NCBI RefSeq assembly: GCF_009914755.1
Contig: NC_060930.1
DNA: 64,000 bases
Reading direction: 5' to 3' (one strand)
Source of the DNA: the human T2T-CHM13v2.0 reference genome, Homo sapiens
Shown: in pieces, positions 39,531-53,461 of the stretch
Layout: each line of letters begins with the position of its first letter
How positions within the stretch are numbered: the first letter of the stretch is position 1
The notes under the pieces: model-generated
Seen by the model: the letters and a program-made list of their open reading frames with translations, nothing else
The model's database searches: none
What the model was told of the DNA's origin: nothing
Program-made: the position numbers and the translations under genes

Positions 39531-42500
39531 TATATATTAATAATGGCTAAATTATCTGAACAATCATTTGAGAACTTAAGGAAAAATTTATTTATAAATC
39601 TCAGTCTAAAGGCTTTTGGATAGCTCAATTATGAATAGGTAAGGCCGTGTGGCTTTTTCTTTTCAGCACACTGTATGTAGAGTTGAGTTATGGGTTTTAC
39701 AAATAATTTTTAATATGATTTTGATTTAATCGTATCAACTATAAGTTTCCAACATTTCCTATTGATAGGTATATAAACTTCTCCATCCCAAATAGGAGTT
39801 TATATGCTAAAAGGGGCACATAATGTGATATGAGGTTTCTTGAATGCAAATTTCAAAGGAAAAATATGTATTATGTGATGTAAGTGTGTTTTTATTTGTA
39901 GATAAACTTCATTTCTTACATGTATATATAAATTCTTAGAATTCACTTATATGGAGGAAAGTATATAATGCATGTACATAAAGGAACAGATTTCATCTTT
40001 ATTACTTGACCTCATTAAATTGATTTTTATTTTTTAAGGAACTAGATAGTTTTATTTTTACATTTCTCTTTGGAAGATTCCAGATTTAAAAACTTTAAAA
40101 CTCAAAATAATTTTATAACTACCATAACTATTCTAATGTTAATTCCATTTTTAACAACCTAGGTTAACAATTCACTTAAATAGAAATTGAACATTATTAA
40201 TCTAATTGGAACAACAGATTTGTGATTAAGTATACCTGAATGCTCAACTCTAGCTGCAACAGATTTTAATACTGTGTTTTGTTTCTTTCTCTTGACATAT
40301 TACTTTAAAGTATTTGAAGATATTTACTGTAAATTATAAAATAAACAAGTACATGACATTAGAATATGACCTTTGTTGATTTTAATCAGTAAGTTTGGCT
40401 ATGTGAATCCTGGGACCATTAAGATATGTTAACAAATAAAATTATATATTGATAATAGCATTTTAAAATCTTTTTAAATATTAAAATGTATAACTTTTTC
40501 AAAGTATAAATACAAATAAATTTTGAGGACTATAAACCCTTTTTTAAGAGTTGTATCTTAAGAAGCACTGTGGGCAAGAATGACAAGAGTGAATTAATCA
40601 TCAAAATTATAATTATTTTACCTAAGTGATATATAACTTACATATGGATGTATGTCATTTAATTTTATTTTTGCCCTAAATTAATTGTAGGTTTTATTAT
40701 ATATAGTAACACATTATACCTGCAACAAAATTATTCTCTCAGCCCATTTACTCAAAAGTGCAAGAAGATCAATATTAAGACATCATGAGTTAAATCAGCG
40801 AATAATACTGGTTTGTACTCCACATTGTACTTATTAACCATGTAAAAAAAACTTGCCATTTTTATAAGCAATGAACTAGTCAATATACTTCCAAAATAAT
40901 TAGAATTGAAGTAACTGATCAACTATTACATTTTAATTCATAATTAAATGTTTGGTTTTTTGATGTTATCTTTAAGAAGAATTCTATGAGAATCTATGCC
41001 AAATTACCTAACACATGGGGAAAAACAGCAGAAATGCTGAATTAAAAGAATTAAAAATATTTAATGCATAGTGTGTCCATGAGCACCATACTAATGCTTT
41101 TATATAATTCATTTTCTTATTCTGTATAGTTTGAAACTGAAAGGAGGCACTATTAATAGTTATGCTGAAACCATGTATGTAAAACAAGTGTGTCCAGGGC
41201 AAACAGACATGGAAAAAATTAAAGCAAACTGGCCCCTACCTTCTTTGAATATCTTATAGTATGATAGCTATTTTATATATAAACAATTAAACACATTCTC
41301 ATATTGCTTCAGAGCCAAATAGGCATAATTATAATGAAACTTGGTTTGGTAAGAAAAATATTTTAGTATCAAGCTTGCTACCTGTATCAGCAGTATTTTG
41401 TGACAAACATATTTAAAATTAAAATCTTTGTCTTATTGCATATATTTTAACCTTTTTCTGCTATTACAATTTTTTTCCACCAGATGGTAGCCAATAAAAG
41501 CAGGAAACAAAGAGATTTCCAGAGTTAAAATAAACAAAACTAAGTTGAAATAAATCTCAAACAAAAAAAATTTGATTGTAGCTATAGATATAAACACACT
41601 TGCAAAAATTCGATCTACTGAGTAAATAAAAACAAAGCTTTTTAAAATGACTTTCTTCTGATATTGAATGTGTGCAAAATCTTTAGGAGTAAGTTGAATT
41701 TCAAAGCCTCTGAGACTGCTAAAAAATATAGATAGAAAAATACTAAACTTGAGATCTGAAGTCAATTTTTTCATAGACCATTCACAAGTGTATGAATATA
41801 GGCTTGTTTTAAATATTTCCCTAATCTTTGTTTATTTAAAAGAAGCATTGTGTTGTTCTGAAATATAAATTTTGGATATGTATTTTCTGACAGTTCTTTT
41901 ATAAGAAGCCATCTATCCCACTTATGCTGCAAAAATCAAATATGTGGAATTGTTTCCTCTGTGTGGAGTCTTCACTTCTATCCTTGTTAGTCTTGGCTCG
42001 TACATGAAGTATTCATTATTTGCAAAAACCAATTATGATCCCTGTCTGGATACATTAAGGTTTTTTTCTACAAGTCTTTTCCTCTCTATCACATTTTAAG
42101 CAACAGTTTACATGAATTATTCATAGTTCCCATATTGCAGGCAAGTTTTTTTATTAAATTTGATCATAATAATAGTTATTACCCCAGTCATGGCAGTTTT
42201 ATGAGTATTCTTCAATGCCATTACCTGGAAAAGATTTCAATTAAGAAATATAAGAGATGCAAATCAATTTCCATAATAAAATTAAACTGTACCTTCTACT
42301 CTTTCATTCCAGCAATAGAGCTGATTGACAGCCTCTCCCTGATACCTGGAGCAGATAACATTCAGATACAGACTTAGACAATGGCAGATTATTTCCTCTT
42401 AAACATTTCACTGTCTTTTTCTTCATTCTTGGTATTTAGTGTTTGCTAACTTCACTGAAACATAATATTGAACTTAAATTCTATATACAAATTTATTTCG

Positions 42501-42811
42501 AAGCAACATATTTTCTGATTTTCTCTGAGGTAGTTGAGTTTATAAGCAAATAAATACAGAATTAAGTGCCATCATCTTGTTTTCCTCCTAAAAACAGTAT
42601 AACCTCCTTTTGTAGAGGAAATCATACTCTGTTATTGGGGGGGCAAAGTGATTAAATTTGTTGTGAGTATCGATTTATTTTTCTAGTCTCTTCACTCTTT
42701 ATTTCCATTCCTCATGACAATAAAATAGAGAGAGATAGAGTGGATTACAAGATTGTGTACACAAACTGGCCAAATACAGACCTTGGATAGACATCATATG
42801 AGTAGATACAA

Positions 42812-42873
42812 AATATAGATATAGATATAGATATCTCTATATCGATATAGATATATCGATATATATATATATC
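42812..42873. repeat. Low-complexity (TAGATA/TA)n tract with short perfect palindromes
   Basis: tctatatcgatataga (42836-42851) and atatatcgatatat (42851-42864) are each self-complementary. Confidence 0.85.
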
Positions 42874-44619
42874 TGATTTTATGGTCATAATTTTCTTCTA
42901 AAAATATGTAACAGATTCTTCTCTCAAAAGATAAAGAGAGGTGTTAAGTTGGACTGAAATTTTGCAGAGATAGATTGGAGCAGTTTTTAGAATAGAGGTC
43001 ATGAATCCAGAGAGCAGAGTTGTGAATATATGCACTGTATATACCCTGTTCTAGAAAGGTAGCCCACAGACCTGTGAAGGTCCATAGACTTCCTTCCGCA
43101 AATCTTTGAGTTACTACCAACCATGTAATTCCATGCCTCGAAAAACAGCACAGAATTTGAGCACAAGATGAAATAGCAGTAGTGATGTTTTGTGAGAATG
43201 ACTCTCACACACTTTTCAATGCAATGGCACTAAGTAAAGATCTTACAACTTAATTCATTATTGTTCTCTTCAACAAATATTCAGTTAATATCTACATGGT
43301 CTCAACATCTAAAAACTCTTCAGCTTAATATTTCTACTTTATTCATAACTTTCTATTTTCTCAGATACAACTGTGTCCTGAGGTTGTATTAAAATATGAT
43401 TTTAAGACTAGAAACAAATTATTTTTACTGAAGCAAGATAGAAATTTTAAAGTTCACTTGGCAGCAGTAGTACTCTCCAGAAGGTTTTGTTATGCTAGCT
43501 CTACTTTCTTTCATGAATTTATTTAAACTTTACTTCTTTCTGCCTTTACTGACTGTCCCATCTGGTATGGGAGCCTCATATTTTTCCTTGTCTATATCTC
43601 AGTACTTATTACCATAAACAGTTCCTGTTTAATTATTTATGTCTACACCAGTCTATAAATCCTTTCCAGCCAGACATCTTGGCTATGTATTCCATGTCTA
43701 GGACAATGCTTAGTCAATGCTCATTGATTTGATTGGATGGATTAATGGAAACACCAGTTTCAGAGGTTAGCGGACTCCATAATTGATAAGCATTTTCCAG
43801 AAAAATCTCATCTAGTCAGTAAGCAATTGTTTCTCTCCTGCTGCATAATAGAAAATAATGAACATTTTTGAAAGCTATGGTGTGTTCACTTCTGTGCTGT
43901 TCATTCTTTAGGTTAGTGTTAGTCTCATTTACAGAGTTATCAAATTAATTTGAATTAAATGCTATTAAATCATATTGTCAAAGAATAAAATCTTGTATTT
44001 TCAAAGAACAAACACATAACATATGCATTAAATTTATATATTAAATTATTTGAATATAAAATAGTAAAATTCTGTATACTTGAAACTAGCTAAGAGGTCA
44101 ACTTAACAGCAAATTTAAACATCTAAATTTCCTGCAAAAATTGTTTAATGTGGGTCACAAAATTAGGCTTCATATTCTTAGTGTATAAAGAAAACAAGGA
44201 ATCAAAATAAATTATTCCACTAGTATTACATGTAATATAGAGCCATGGAATAGGGGGGTGAGTTGAGTGACAATCATCTGAAATATAAGATTATTTATTC
44301 TCATAAAATATATTATCACTGAACAATAATAATGCATGTTATTACAAAACTATAGTAATTGAGTTGGCATGGTTCTGGCATAAGGATAGATGTATAGGTC
44401 AATAAAACGATTGAAAGTTGAAGAAAAAAAAACTTATGCTTATGGCTAATTTGGACAAGGGTGCCAAGACAACTCAGTGGGGAAAAATAGTCTTTTCAAT
44501 AAAAGATGCTCAGACAAAACAATACCCACATGAGAAAGAATAAAGTTGGACCCTTACACACGTCATGTACAGAAATTAACTCAAAATGGATCACAGAACT
44601 GAATGTAAGAGCTAGAACG

Positions 44620-44636
44620 ATATATATAGTACGTGT

Positions 44637-44690
<54 letters not shown>

Positions 44691-44991
44691 TTACTTATTT
44701 TTGTTATTTTTGATAAAAATAATCTATCACCTAGTCTGCAGTGCACTGGTGTGATGACATCTCACTGCAGCCTTGACCTCCTGATCTCAAGCAATCCTCC
44801 TACCTCAGGCTCTTTAGTAGCTAGGACCACAGACATATGCCACAACATTCAACTAAATTTTTTATTATTTTTATTTTTTTGTAGAGATTGGCTCTCTCTA
44901 TTTTTCTCAGGCTGATCTTAAACTCCTGGGCTCAAGTGATATTCCTGCTTCAGCCTCCCAAAGTTCTGGGATTACAGGCATGAGCTGCCGC
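44620..44991 (-). mobile_element. Diverged AluJ with a (TG)n(TA)n compound microsatellite (44637-44689) on its tail side
   Basis: tcactgcagccttgacctcctgatctcaagcaatcctcctacctcag...ctcctgggctcaagtgat...gggattacaggcatgagc. Confidence 0.85.
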
Positions 44992-45450
44992 TTAAAGTAT
45001 AAACCTCTTAGAAAAAAAACATAGAAGTAAGTCTCTGACTTGGATCAGGCAATGGCTTCTTATATGGGCAATCAAAAGCACAAGAAACAAGGAGAAAAGG
45101 ATTATTGGATTGCATCAAATTTTAAAACTTTTGTAAACAGGATAAAGTAAAAAGTCACCCCCAAGAATGAAGGAAAATATTTAACAATTACATATATGAT
45201 AAGAGATTTGTTTCCAGAATGAAGAACTCTTACAACTCAGCAATAATCCAATAACCCTATCAAAAATGGGCAATGGATTTGAATAAACAATTCCCAAAAG
45301 AAGATATACAAATGTTCAATAAGCACAATAAAAAATGCTCAACATCTCTAGTCATTAGAAATACGTAAAGTGAAATGACAATAAGATGCAATTTTATACC
45401 CACTAGGACATTTGTAATTGAAAAGATAAATGATAAGAACTGTTGACATG

Positions 45451-47591
45451 TGATATGGTTTGGCTGTGTCCCCCACCCAAATCTCATTTTTATTTGTAGC
45501 TCCCATAATCCCCATGTGTCATGGGAGTGACCCAGAGGGGGTAATTTAATCACAGGCCTGGTTACTCTCATGCTGTTCTCATCATAGTGAGTGAGTGCTC
45601 ATGAGATCTGATGGTTTTCTAGGGGACTTCCCCCCTTTTGCTTGGCACTGCTCCTTGCTGCCACTATGTGAAGAAGGATGTGTTGCTCCCCCTTTCACCA
45701 TTATTGTAAGTTTCCTGAGGTCTCCCCAGCCACGCTGAACTGTGAGTCAATTAAACCTCTTTCCTTTATAAATTACCCATTCTTTGGTATGTCTTTATTA
45801 GCAGCATGAAAATGAACTCATGCAGTAAATTCGTACCGGGAGTGTAAAGGGAATGTTCAGCAGTGCCACTGCTGAAAAGATACCAAAAAATATGGAAGTG
45901 ACTTTGGAACTGGGTAACACACAGAGGTTGAAAGAGTTTGGAAGGCTCAGAAAAAGACAGGAAGATGTGGGAAAGTTTGGAACTTCCTAGAGACTTGTTG
46001 AATGGCTTTGACCAAAATTCTGAGAGTGATAAGGACAATAAGGTCCAGGCTAAGCTGGTCTCAGACGGAGATGAGGAACTTATTGGGAATTGCAGCAAAG
46101 GTGACTGTTGTTATGCTTTAGCAAGAAGATTAGTGGCATTTTGCTTCTGCCCTAGAGATCTGTGGAACTTTGAATTTGAGAGAGATGATTTAGGGTATCT
46201 GGCAGTAGAAATTTCTAAACAGCAAAGCATTCAAGAGGTGACAGAGCATAAAAGTTTGGAAAATTTGCAGCCTCAAGATGCAATAGAAAAGAAAAACTCA
46301 TCTTCTTGGAGAAATTCAAGCTGGCTACAGAAATTGGCATAAGTGACAAGGAGTCAAACGTTAATCGCCAAGAAATAGTGAAAATGTCTTGAGGGTAGTT
46401 AGAGACCTTCACGACAGCGCTTCCCATCACAGGCCCAGAGAGCTAGGAGGGAAAAATGGTTTCCTGGGCTGGGTCCGGGGCCCCTCTGCTGTGTGCAGCC
46501 TAGGGACCTGGTGCCCTCCATCCCAGCTGCTCCAGCCATGGCTAAAAGGGGCCAAGGTGCAGTTAGGGTCATGGTTCCAGGGGGTGAAAACCACCAGCCT
46601 TGGCAGCTTCCATGTGTTGTTGGTCCTGTGGGTGCACAGAAAACAAGAGTTGAGGTTTGGAAACCTCTGCTTAGATTTCAGAGGATATATGGAAATGCTT
46701 GGTGTCTTGGCAGAGGTGTGCTGCAGGGGCAGAGCCCTCATGGAGAACTTCTCCGAGGACAGTACAAAAGGGAAATGTGGGGTTGGAGTTCCCACAGAGT
46801 CTCTAGTAAGGCACTGCCTAGTGGAACTGTGAGAAGAGGGGCCATCATTGTCCAGACCCCAGAATGGTACATCCACTGACACCTTGCACCATGCACCTGG
46901 AAAAGCTGCAGATATTCAATGCCAGCCTGTGAAAGCAGCCAGAAGGGGGCTGTATCATGCAAAGCCACAGGGGCAGAGCTGCTCAACATTGTGGGAGCCG
47001 ATTTCTTGCATCACTGTGACCTGGATGTGAGACATGGGGTCAAATGAGATCATTTTGGAACTTTAAAGTTTAATGACTGGCCTATTGGATTTCAGACTTG
47101 CCTTGTCTCAGATGAGACTTTGAACTTGGACTTTTGAGTTAATGCTAGAATGAGTTTAGACTTTGGAGGACTGTTGAATTGCTTGATTGTGTACTGAAAT
47201 GTCAGGACATGAGATTTGGGAGAGACCAGGGGTGGAATAATATGGTTTGGCTGTGTCCCTGCCCAAATCTCATCTTGAATTGTCATGGAAGGGATCCAGT
47301 GGAAGGTATTTTAATCATGGGGGCGGTTACCCTCATGCTGCTCTCATGATAATGAGTGAGTTCTCATGAGATCTGTTGGTTTCATAAGCGACTTTTCCCG
47401 CTTTTGCTTGTCACTTTTCCTTGCTGCCACCATGTGAAGGAGGCCATGTTTGCTTCCCCTTCTACCATGATTGTAAGTTTCCTGAGGCTTCCCTAGCCAT
47501 GCTGAACTGTTAGTCAATTAAATATCTTTCCTTTATAAATTAACCAGTCTCGGGTATGTCTTTATTAGTAGCGTGAGAATGGACTAATACA
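45451..47591 (+). mobile_element. Complete THE1 (THE1C-like) MaLR provirus: 5' LTR 45451-45824, internal 45825-47237, 3' LTR 47238-47591
   Basis: Both LTRs start t(g/a)atatggtttggctgtgtccc. THE1-int peptide at 45938-46342 (EKDRKMWESLELPRDLLNGFDQN). A polypurine tract precedes the 3' LTR. TSD acatg/acaag. Confidence 0.93.
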
Positions 47592-48274
47592 ACAAGTATG
47601 TGGGGGAAAAACACATATGATATATGACAAACCTCATACATTCTTGTGGAATGTAAAATGATGCAGCCTCTTTGAAGAACATATTTACAGTTTCTCAAAA
47701 AGTAAAGTATAGGGCAATTATATAACCCAGAAATTCCAGAGAAATATATTCAAGAGAAAAGACATATATACCCATACAAAAATATGTGATTATGCATGGT
47801 CAGATTCTTTAAAATAGCAAAAATATTAGAACAACCCAAATGCCTATCAACTGATAAATGGATATATAAAATATGATGTATCTGTACAATGGAATACTAT
47901 TCTACAATGAAAAAGAACGAATTACTGATAAATGCTACAGCATGGATGAACTTGATAACATTGTGCTGAGTGAAAGAAGATACTCAAAAATGATGACATA
48001 TTGTATGACTGTATTTATAGAAAAAAATCCAGAAAATAGAAAATAAGTGCCAAGAAAAAAGCAAGCAATATTGTAAATTTTAATCTAACCATATCAATGA
48101 TCACTTTAAATGTTAATGATGCAAAGTCACCAGTTAAAAGACAGACATTATCAGATTGGATAAAAGCCAGACTCAATTATAAGCTGTCTAAAAGAAACTC
48201 TCTTTATGTATAAAGACATAGATAGATTAACATAAAAGATGTTTTTAATACCAAGAGTTTTTTTAAATAACTGA

Positions 48275-48385
48275 AATTAATGTAGATGACAGGTTGATGG
48301 GTGCAGCAAACCACCATGACACATGTATACCTATGTAACAAACCTGCACGTTCTGCACATGTACCCCAGAGCCTAAAGTATAATT

Positions 48386-48428
<43 letters not shown>
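48275..48428 (+). mobile_element. Extreme 3' end of an L1PA with a (CA)n tail
   Basis: aatgtagatgacaggttgatgggtgcagcaaaccaccatg...gcacatgtaccccagagcctaaagtataat, then (ac)n at ~48389-48428. Confidence 0.85.
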
Positions 48429-48433
<5 letters not shown>

Positions 48434-50504
48434 TGTGTTTGTAAGAAGTTATGTAACTGCAATGTCTTCATGTAGTCAAAATAAAACACACTGGGAACAT
48501 TGGTCATGTTCCATTTTCAATTTTTGTATTTTAGCCCAAATTCACAAATAATAATATTAATCAATACCTATGAAAAGTTTAATTTGAGATTCTACACTTC
48601 AAGTACTCTTTATGTCAGGTGTGTTTTTGACATTGTTGATGCTACTATTATGGTTTTATAATTTTATTTATTTATTTGTTTGGTTTCCTTATTCAGAAAC
48701 AGATAGCTTTCTTCTTTTCTCAATCTGAGAGCGATCCAACCATTTCATTTTCTGTAAAGTGCATGCTAAAAGTAATGAGGACAGAGTATTCAAAATATAA
48801 CTGCGAGAATTTTTGAACTAACGTTTTAAATTTAAGTCATTGAGCAATTTATTCTAAAACATATCATTGTGTGGCATTTGTATTAGCAAATCATAAATAG
48901 ATAACACTATTACCAAATTCACTAGAGAGAGAAGTTTACTTGCCTTGTAAATAGTTGCTTTAATGACTGTTGTAAACCATACATCATTCAGAAAAAAAAA
49001 TTGCTTTTTTAAACAAAAATGGAATCATCTTCTGCTTGTCATTAGAACTATTTTTTAAAATACAATTTGATACTGGAGAAATTTGACAGCATAGTAAAAA
49101 TAAGTTACTGAATCTTCACTTTTCCTGACATTTCCTCTTGAGGGTGATTTTAAATGGAATAAAAAATGAACAACAAATAAGCAGTTGCTAGTTCCTTTAC
49201 CAATTCAGGTCTGAAATGCTCTGATAGTTGTTGTGCCCTTTGCTTTCGTTCATCTCGAGAATTCATTTTAGTTTGTATATTTCACTCTCCTAGGGATAAA
49301 AGGAACCTCTGATGGTCTGTTCAATACCTGCTACTTGATTTAGTGACCAGTTTGAAGGACTATCTTGTTTCTGGGGATTTTGTTGAAAATGCTTTTCTTT
49401 TTCATATGGGAAAAACAATCAGTTCAAATAAATCAACCTTATCCACATATATTTTATTCAAGCATCCCTGGTGCTGACTGTATTTATTTTTGATATTCAC
49501 AGTCTAACAGATGCCAATATAACTAACAAACACATTTGTAGTTCAGTTTTACAAAGATTTACCAAACTAAAACACTTGTTTTAGAAGAAAATAATGTTTG
49601 GAAAGAATCTCAAAATTTTCTGTGAACTCCCTTAAGCATGAAATAGTGTTGTCATTTATTCATTGAAGTCAAACTATATAGTTGAGAATCTGATGATAAA
49701 ACAAAAAGTAAATATTTAAAATTTCCTTAGGAGGCTTGTCAAAATGTAAATATATTCTCAGTAGAATGTCTGTAAGCACTATGCAATTACCCACAATCCC
49801 AACAAAATTAAGACCCTGAGGATCCTGTGTTACTTTTGACCTTGATCTATTAATAAACTGTAAGTGTCCTTTAAGTTTGTCACAATAGCTTTACTGAACA
49901 CTCTGTTGACACGATTTTTTGGTTTTTGTTTTCCACTTTGTTTGCTTGTTTATTCTATCTGCACTGAGAAAACAATGCAAATGGAATTAATTTATACAAG
50001 GTAGGATATTTTTAATTTAACAAAGCAGGGAATGACTATATTCACATTAATGTTAAGCAAAAGTTTTAGTGAATTTTGTGCTATTTTGAAGGGAAAGCTA
50101 TAGAGGTGTGGTGTTTCTGTGTGCACACATGGGTGTGTGTTAACACAGCATCTATCAGTTCTGGGAAGCAGCTTAAGCTTAGAAGAGGATAAAGTCTCTA
50201 TCTATGGTCACAGGAGTATTCTTATTAAAGAACTTCAGGGCATGCTACGTAATCTCTCTGATCAATCATAAACTTAGCATTGTTATTGTGAAACTATTGA
50301 CAAAATGAATTTGTTTACTATTTTATACAGTTAAGAGCTATATAAGTTGCCACACAACTAATAGGAAATATGAAGTATACATTTTAGTTAAATCTAATTT
50401 TAATTTAAAATGTTAACACTTTCCTGGCAAGTACTAGCAATGTTATCTAAAATTTACTGAGCTATGTTCTTGAGCAAATCCATAAAGGTGAATAACTAAA
50501 ATAC

Positions 50505-52258
50505 TTGGAAAAGGGAACAGAAAGTGAGTTAAACTGACAAATGATTCAGTTTTCATTACATATATTGCAAAATAAATTAATATAAATATGAACATGATTC
50601 TGTGTTAGAATGGAGAACCTATGTTAAGTAGGTAAATAACGCCCCTCCAGGCTTTCTTTTTTTTTTTGAAAGAAAAACAGTCCACCTATGAGAAGGGAAG
50701 TATTCCCTAAGAAAAGCAGATTTCCAGTGAGGGAATTTTAGAAGTCTCTGACTCATGTATTCAGGAAAATATTCAGAAGTGAAATATTGGATTTTTGATC
50801 TTTATTAATATGTAATTCCCTGAATATGAATAATATGTAGTTAATTACCAATCTTTCACTTATGTTTTCATTATATTTTCATGAATATCCCTAATAGGGA
50901 TAATGAAAGTATTTTTATATTATAGCAACACCATAATTTTGTGGAAATTATTCCCTTCAATAGAACATGTATATTTATTATGCACTAAGTGTCTTAGAGC
51001 CTAATGAGCTCTTTTTCTTAAATATTATTTTTAAATAAACTAGAAAAAAAATTTTAAAAACCCTATACTTTTATACAATTTGAGGCTAGATATCTAATAT
51101 TCTGGTTTAAAATTATTTATACCATAATTAAACAGAGTGGCACTTACTAATATTTTTGAGTCAGAACATGGGGTATATATTATATATTTTGGAAATACGA
51201 TTTCTAGAAATACAATGTAAGTAGGTACTGAAATGAATGGGTGAGGTACTTTGTATATGTGGATATGGGATCAGCGGCAAAAGTGAGCTATAGCAAGGGT
51301 TGTGATATTGTATAAACTAGAACCATAGTCATTTATACCTTTTCCTGGTTGTACAACATGACTGATTTAGTGTCAGTTAACTATCTCCCATATACATGGG
51401 ATTTCAATAATGCTAATAGAACAGGCCAATATGGGATAACAACAGGACCATGTTCACTCTGAGCAAACAAACTTCAGGAACTAGGTTGTAAGAAATTAAA
51501 CCAAGTGGAGGATTTCATATTAATGTAATACATGATGTCAACCTAATTGTTGTCTTTGATTCAAATTACATAGGGGGTATAAACAAGCTTTATGACCTGA
51601 AAAACTCTGTAAACTCTACTAGTCTAAAATAGTATTTATTTTTCTTTTGGGTTTGATGACATTACTTTAATCCCAGGAGGTTAAAAGAAACAGTATAGAC
51701 TTAATGAAAAAAAAAAGAATTAAATCCATGATGCTTATATTTAAAAACATACATGTTTTAATAAAATAATGTTTTATCACTACAATGACTTATATATCTT
51801 TCATATTTTTAAAATATTTAAAGTGTTTTGATATTAAAACTTATGGCTTGTCCTTAAAATCTATGGTTTTATCAAATTTTAGAAGAATTTTGTTAAATAA
51901 ATTTTTGATCAATATTTTTTGTATTAGAGATAATTTATAAAATGCTAAAGGTTTTATTTTTCAGCTATGTAATTAGCAATACATTTTATTTAAAAATTTA
52001 TAATTTAATGATGCCTAAAGGGGTTTACATAGTTGGAAAAGGGGATAGAAAGGGATTGGAATTGATATATGATTCAGTACTTAACCGTATATATTGCAAA
52101 ATAAGCTAAAATAAATATAAACATAATTCCGTGTTAGAATAGTCAACCTGATTTAAGTAAATAATGCCCCTCTGGACTTTCTTTTCTTTTGAGAGAAAAA
52201 CAGTCCACTTAGGAGAAAGGAAGTATTCACCAAGAAAAGCACATTTCCAATATGAGAA
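50505..52258. repeat. Diverged direct repeat pair of ~230 bp: 50505-50735 and 52033-52258
   Basis: Colinear blocks present in both copies: ttggaaaaggg, atgattcagt, atatattgcaaaataa, gtgttagaat, gtaaataa.gcccctc, agaaaaacagtccac, ggaagtattc, aagaaaagca.atttcca. Confidence 0.9.
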
Positions 52259-53461
52259 CAAATTACCAATATAAATATGTTGAGTAGTCCTTTCCACATG
52301 AATATAAACTCAACAACATCTAACATTGAAGAAATAAAAAGTAAACAATAACTAACATTGAAGAGTAAAGAGTATACAGACACATATCAGCCTGAACAAA
52401 CATTATTCAAGGATGAGCAAGTATTTAAAAAATAATGAGAACTTGGCCTTAGTGTTGAAGAGGGACAATGTAGTTTTGAAAATAATATTAGACATACATA
52501 GAAAATGTTTGTCCTAAATTCATAGTAGAATTCAAGAAGGCTTGAAACCAATAAAACCAAAGGTAAAAAAGACAGGAACACAATGGAATAAAGCCATTCA
52601 AACAGACATTGAAAAAAAGAACTGGATTGGAAGCAGCAGTGAAGAATAAGAATATTTTATTACCAAAGCAATAATAATAAAGAAAAAACAATGAGATGCT
52701 TCAAGTCATATTAGATTCATAAGTATATAATCAAGAATGTCATTATTATGTAAAAGGCCAAATTCAGGAAGCCCTCCATATTACAAAACAAAATTAAAAC
52801 AAGATAAAATGGAAGAAAATTATTCATTTGTTATGAAAGGTAATATAAATTCAGACTATGGACTATTGGTATTTCTGGAGAATAAAATAAATCCATAAAA
52901 GTAATAATATTTAATAGAAGTAATCATTTTCTTTATTAATTCCTAAATGTGAATATCTATAAGCTTTAATTTAGAGATTAATGGTTACATGCAAATCTGT
53001 TGGCCTCAGATATATTTATAATAATAAATGCCAGAAAAGTAAAGAATAATATACACATATCTCTGAAAGAGTTCAAAAATTTATGCTATTTTATTCATGA
53101 AAAGAAAATATAATATTTTTCTCAGATACGCAAGAATCAAAATTTTTTTAGAATTATGAAAATAAATGGCCTAAACTAAGAGTTAACTGTTAAAAAAGTC
53201 AAATTAAAGAAGTAGTTTCAGATGATCTAGAGTTTAAAACACTACTTTAAGGCAAAAAAAAACAAAAAAGCATCACATTTTTACTATCTTCAAATATCTA
53301 TCAAGCTATAAAAGGTATAAATACAAACAATAAATAAACATAACATCTATATAAATAGGTAAACTAGTACATATTAACCAACTGACCATATAATCCAAGG
53401 ACAACCTTTTCATATTTATTAAGAAATGCCCAGAATGTACCAGATTAAAGGCAAAACCAAG

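Larger units (their letters stand above)
44340..48040 (+). mobile_element. L1MB/MC-like ORF2 3' part and 3'UTR, interrupted by an AluJ and a THE1 provirus
   Basis: gacaagggtgccaagacaactcagtggggaaaaatagtcttttcaata, aacaacccaaatgcctatcaactgataaatgga, gcatggatgaacttg. Confidence 0.8.

Noticed and set aside
45766-47286. Cluster of ORFs of 60-151 aa
   Set aside because: They are fragments and alternative frames of the THE1 internal region and LTRs.
52106-52691. Hydrophobic minus-strand ORFs suggesting a membrane protein
   Set aside because: They are the reverse complement of A-rich, probably L1M/HAL1-derived sequence. T-rich codons produce Phe/Leu/Ile runs, and no family motif is present.
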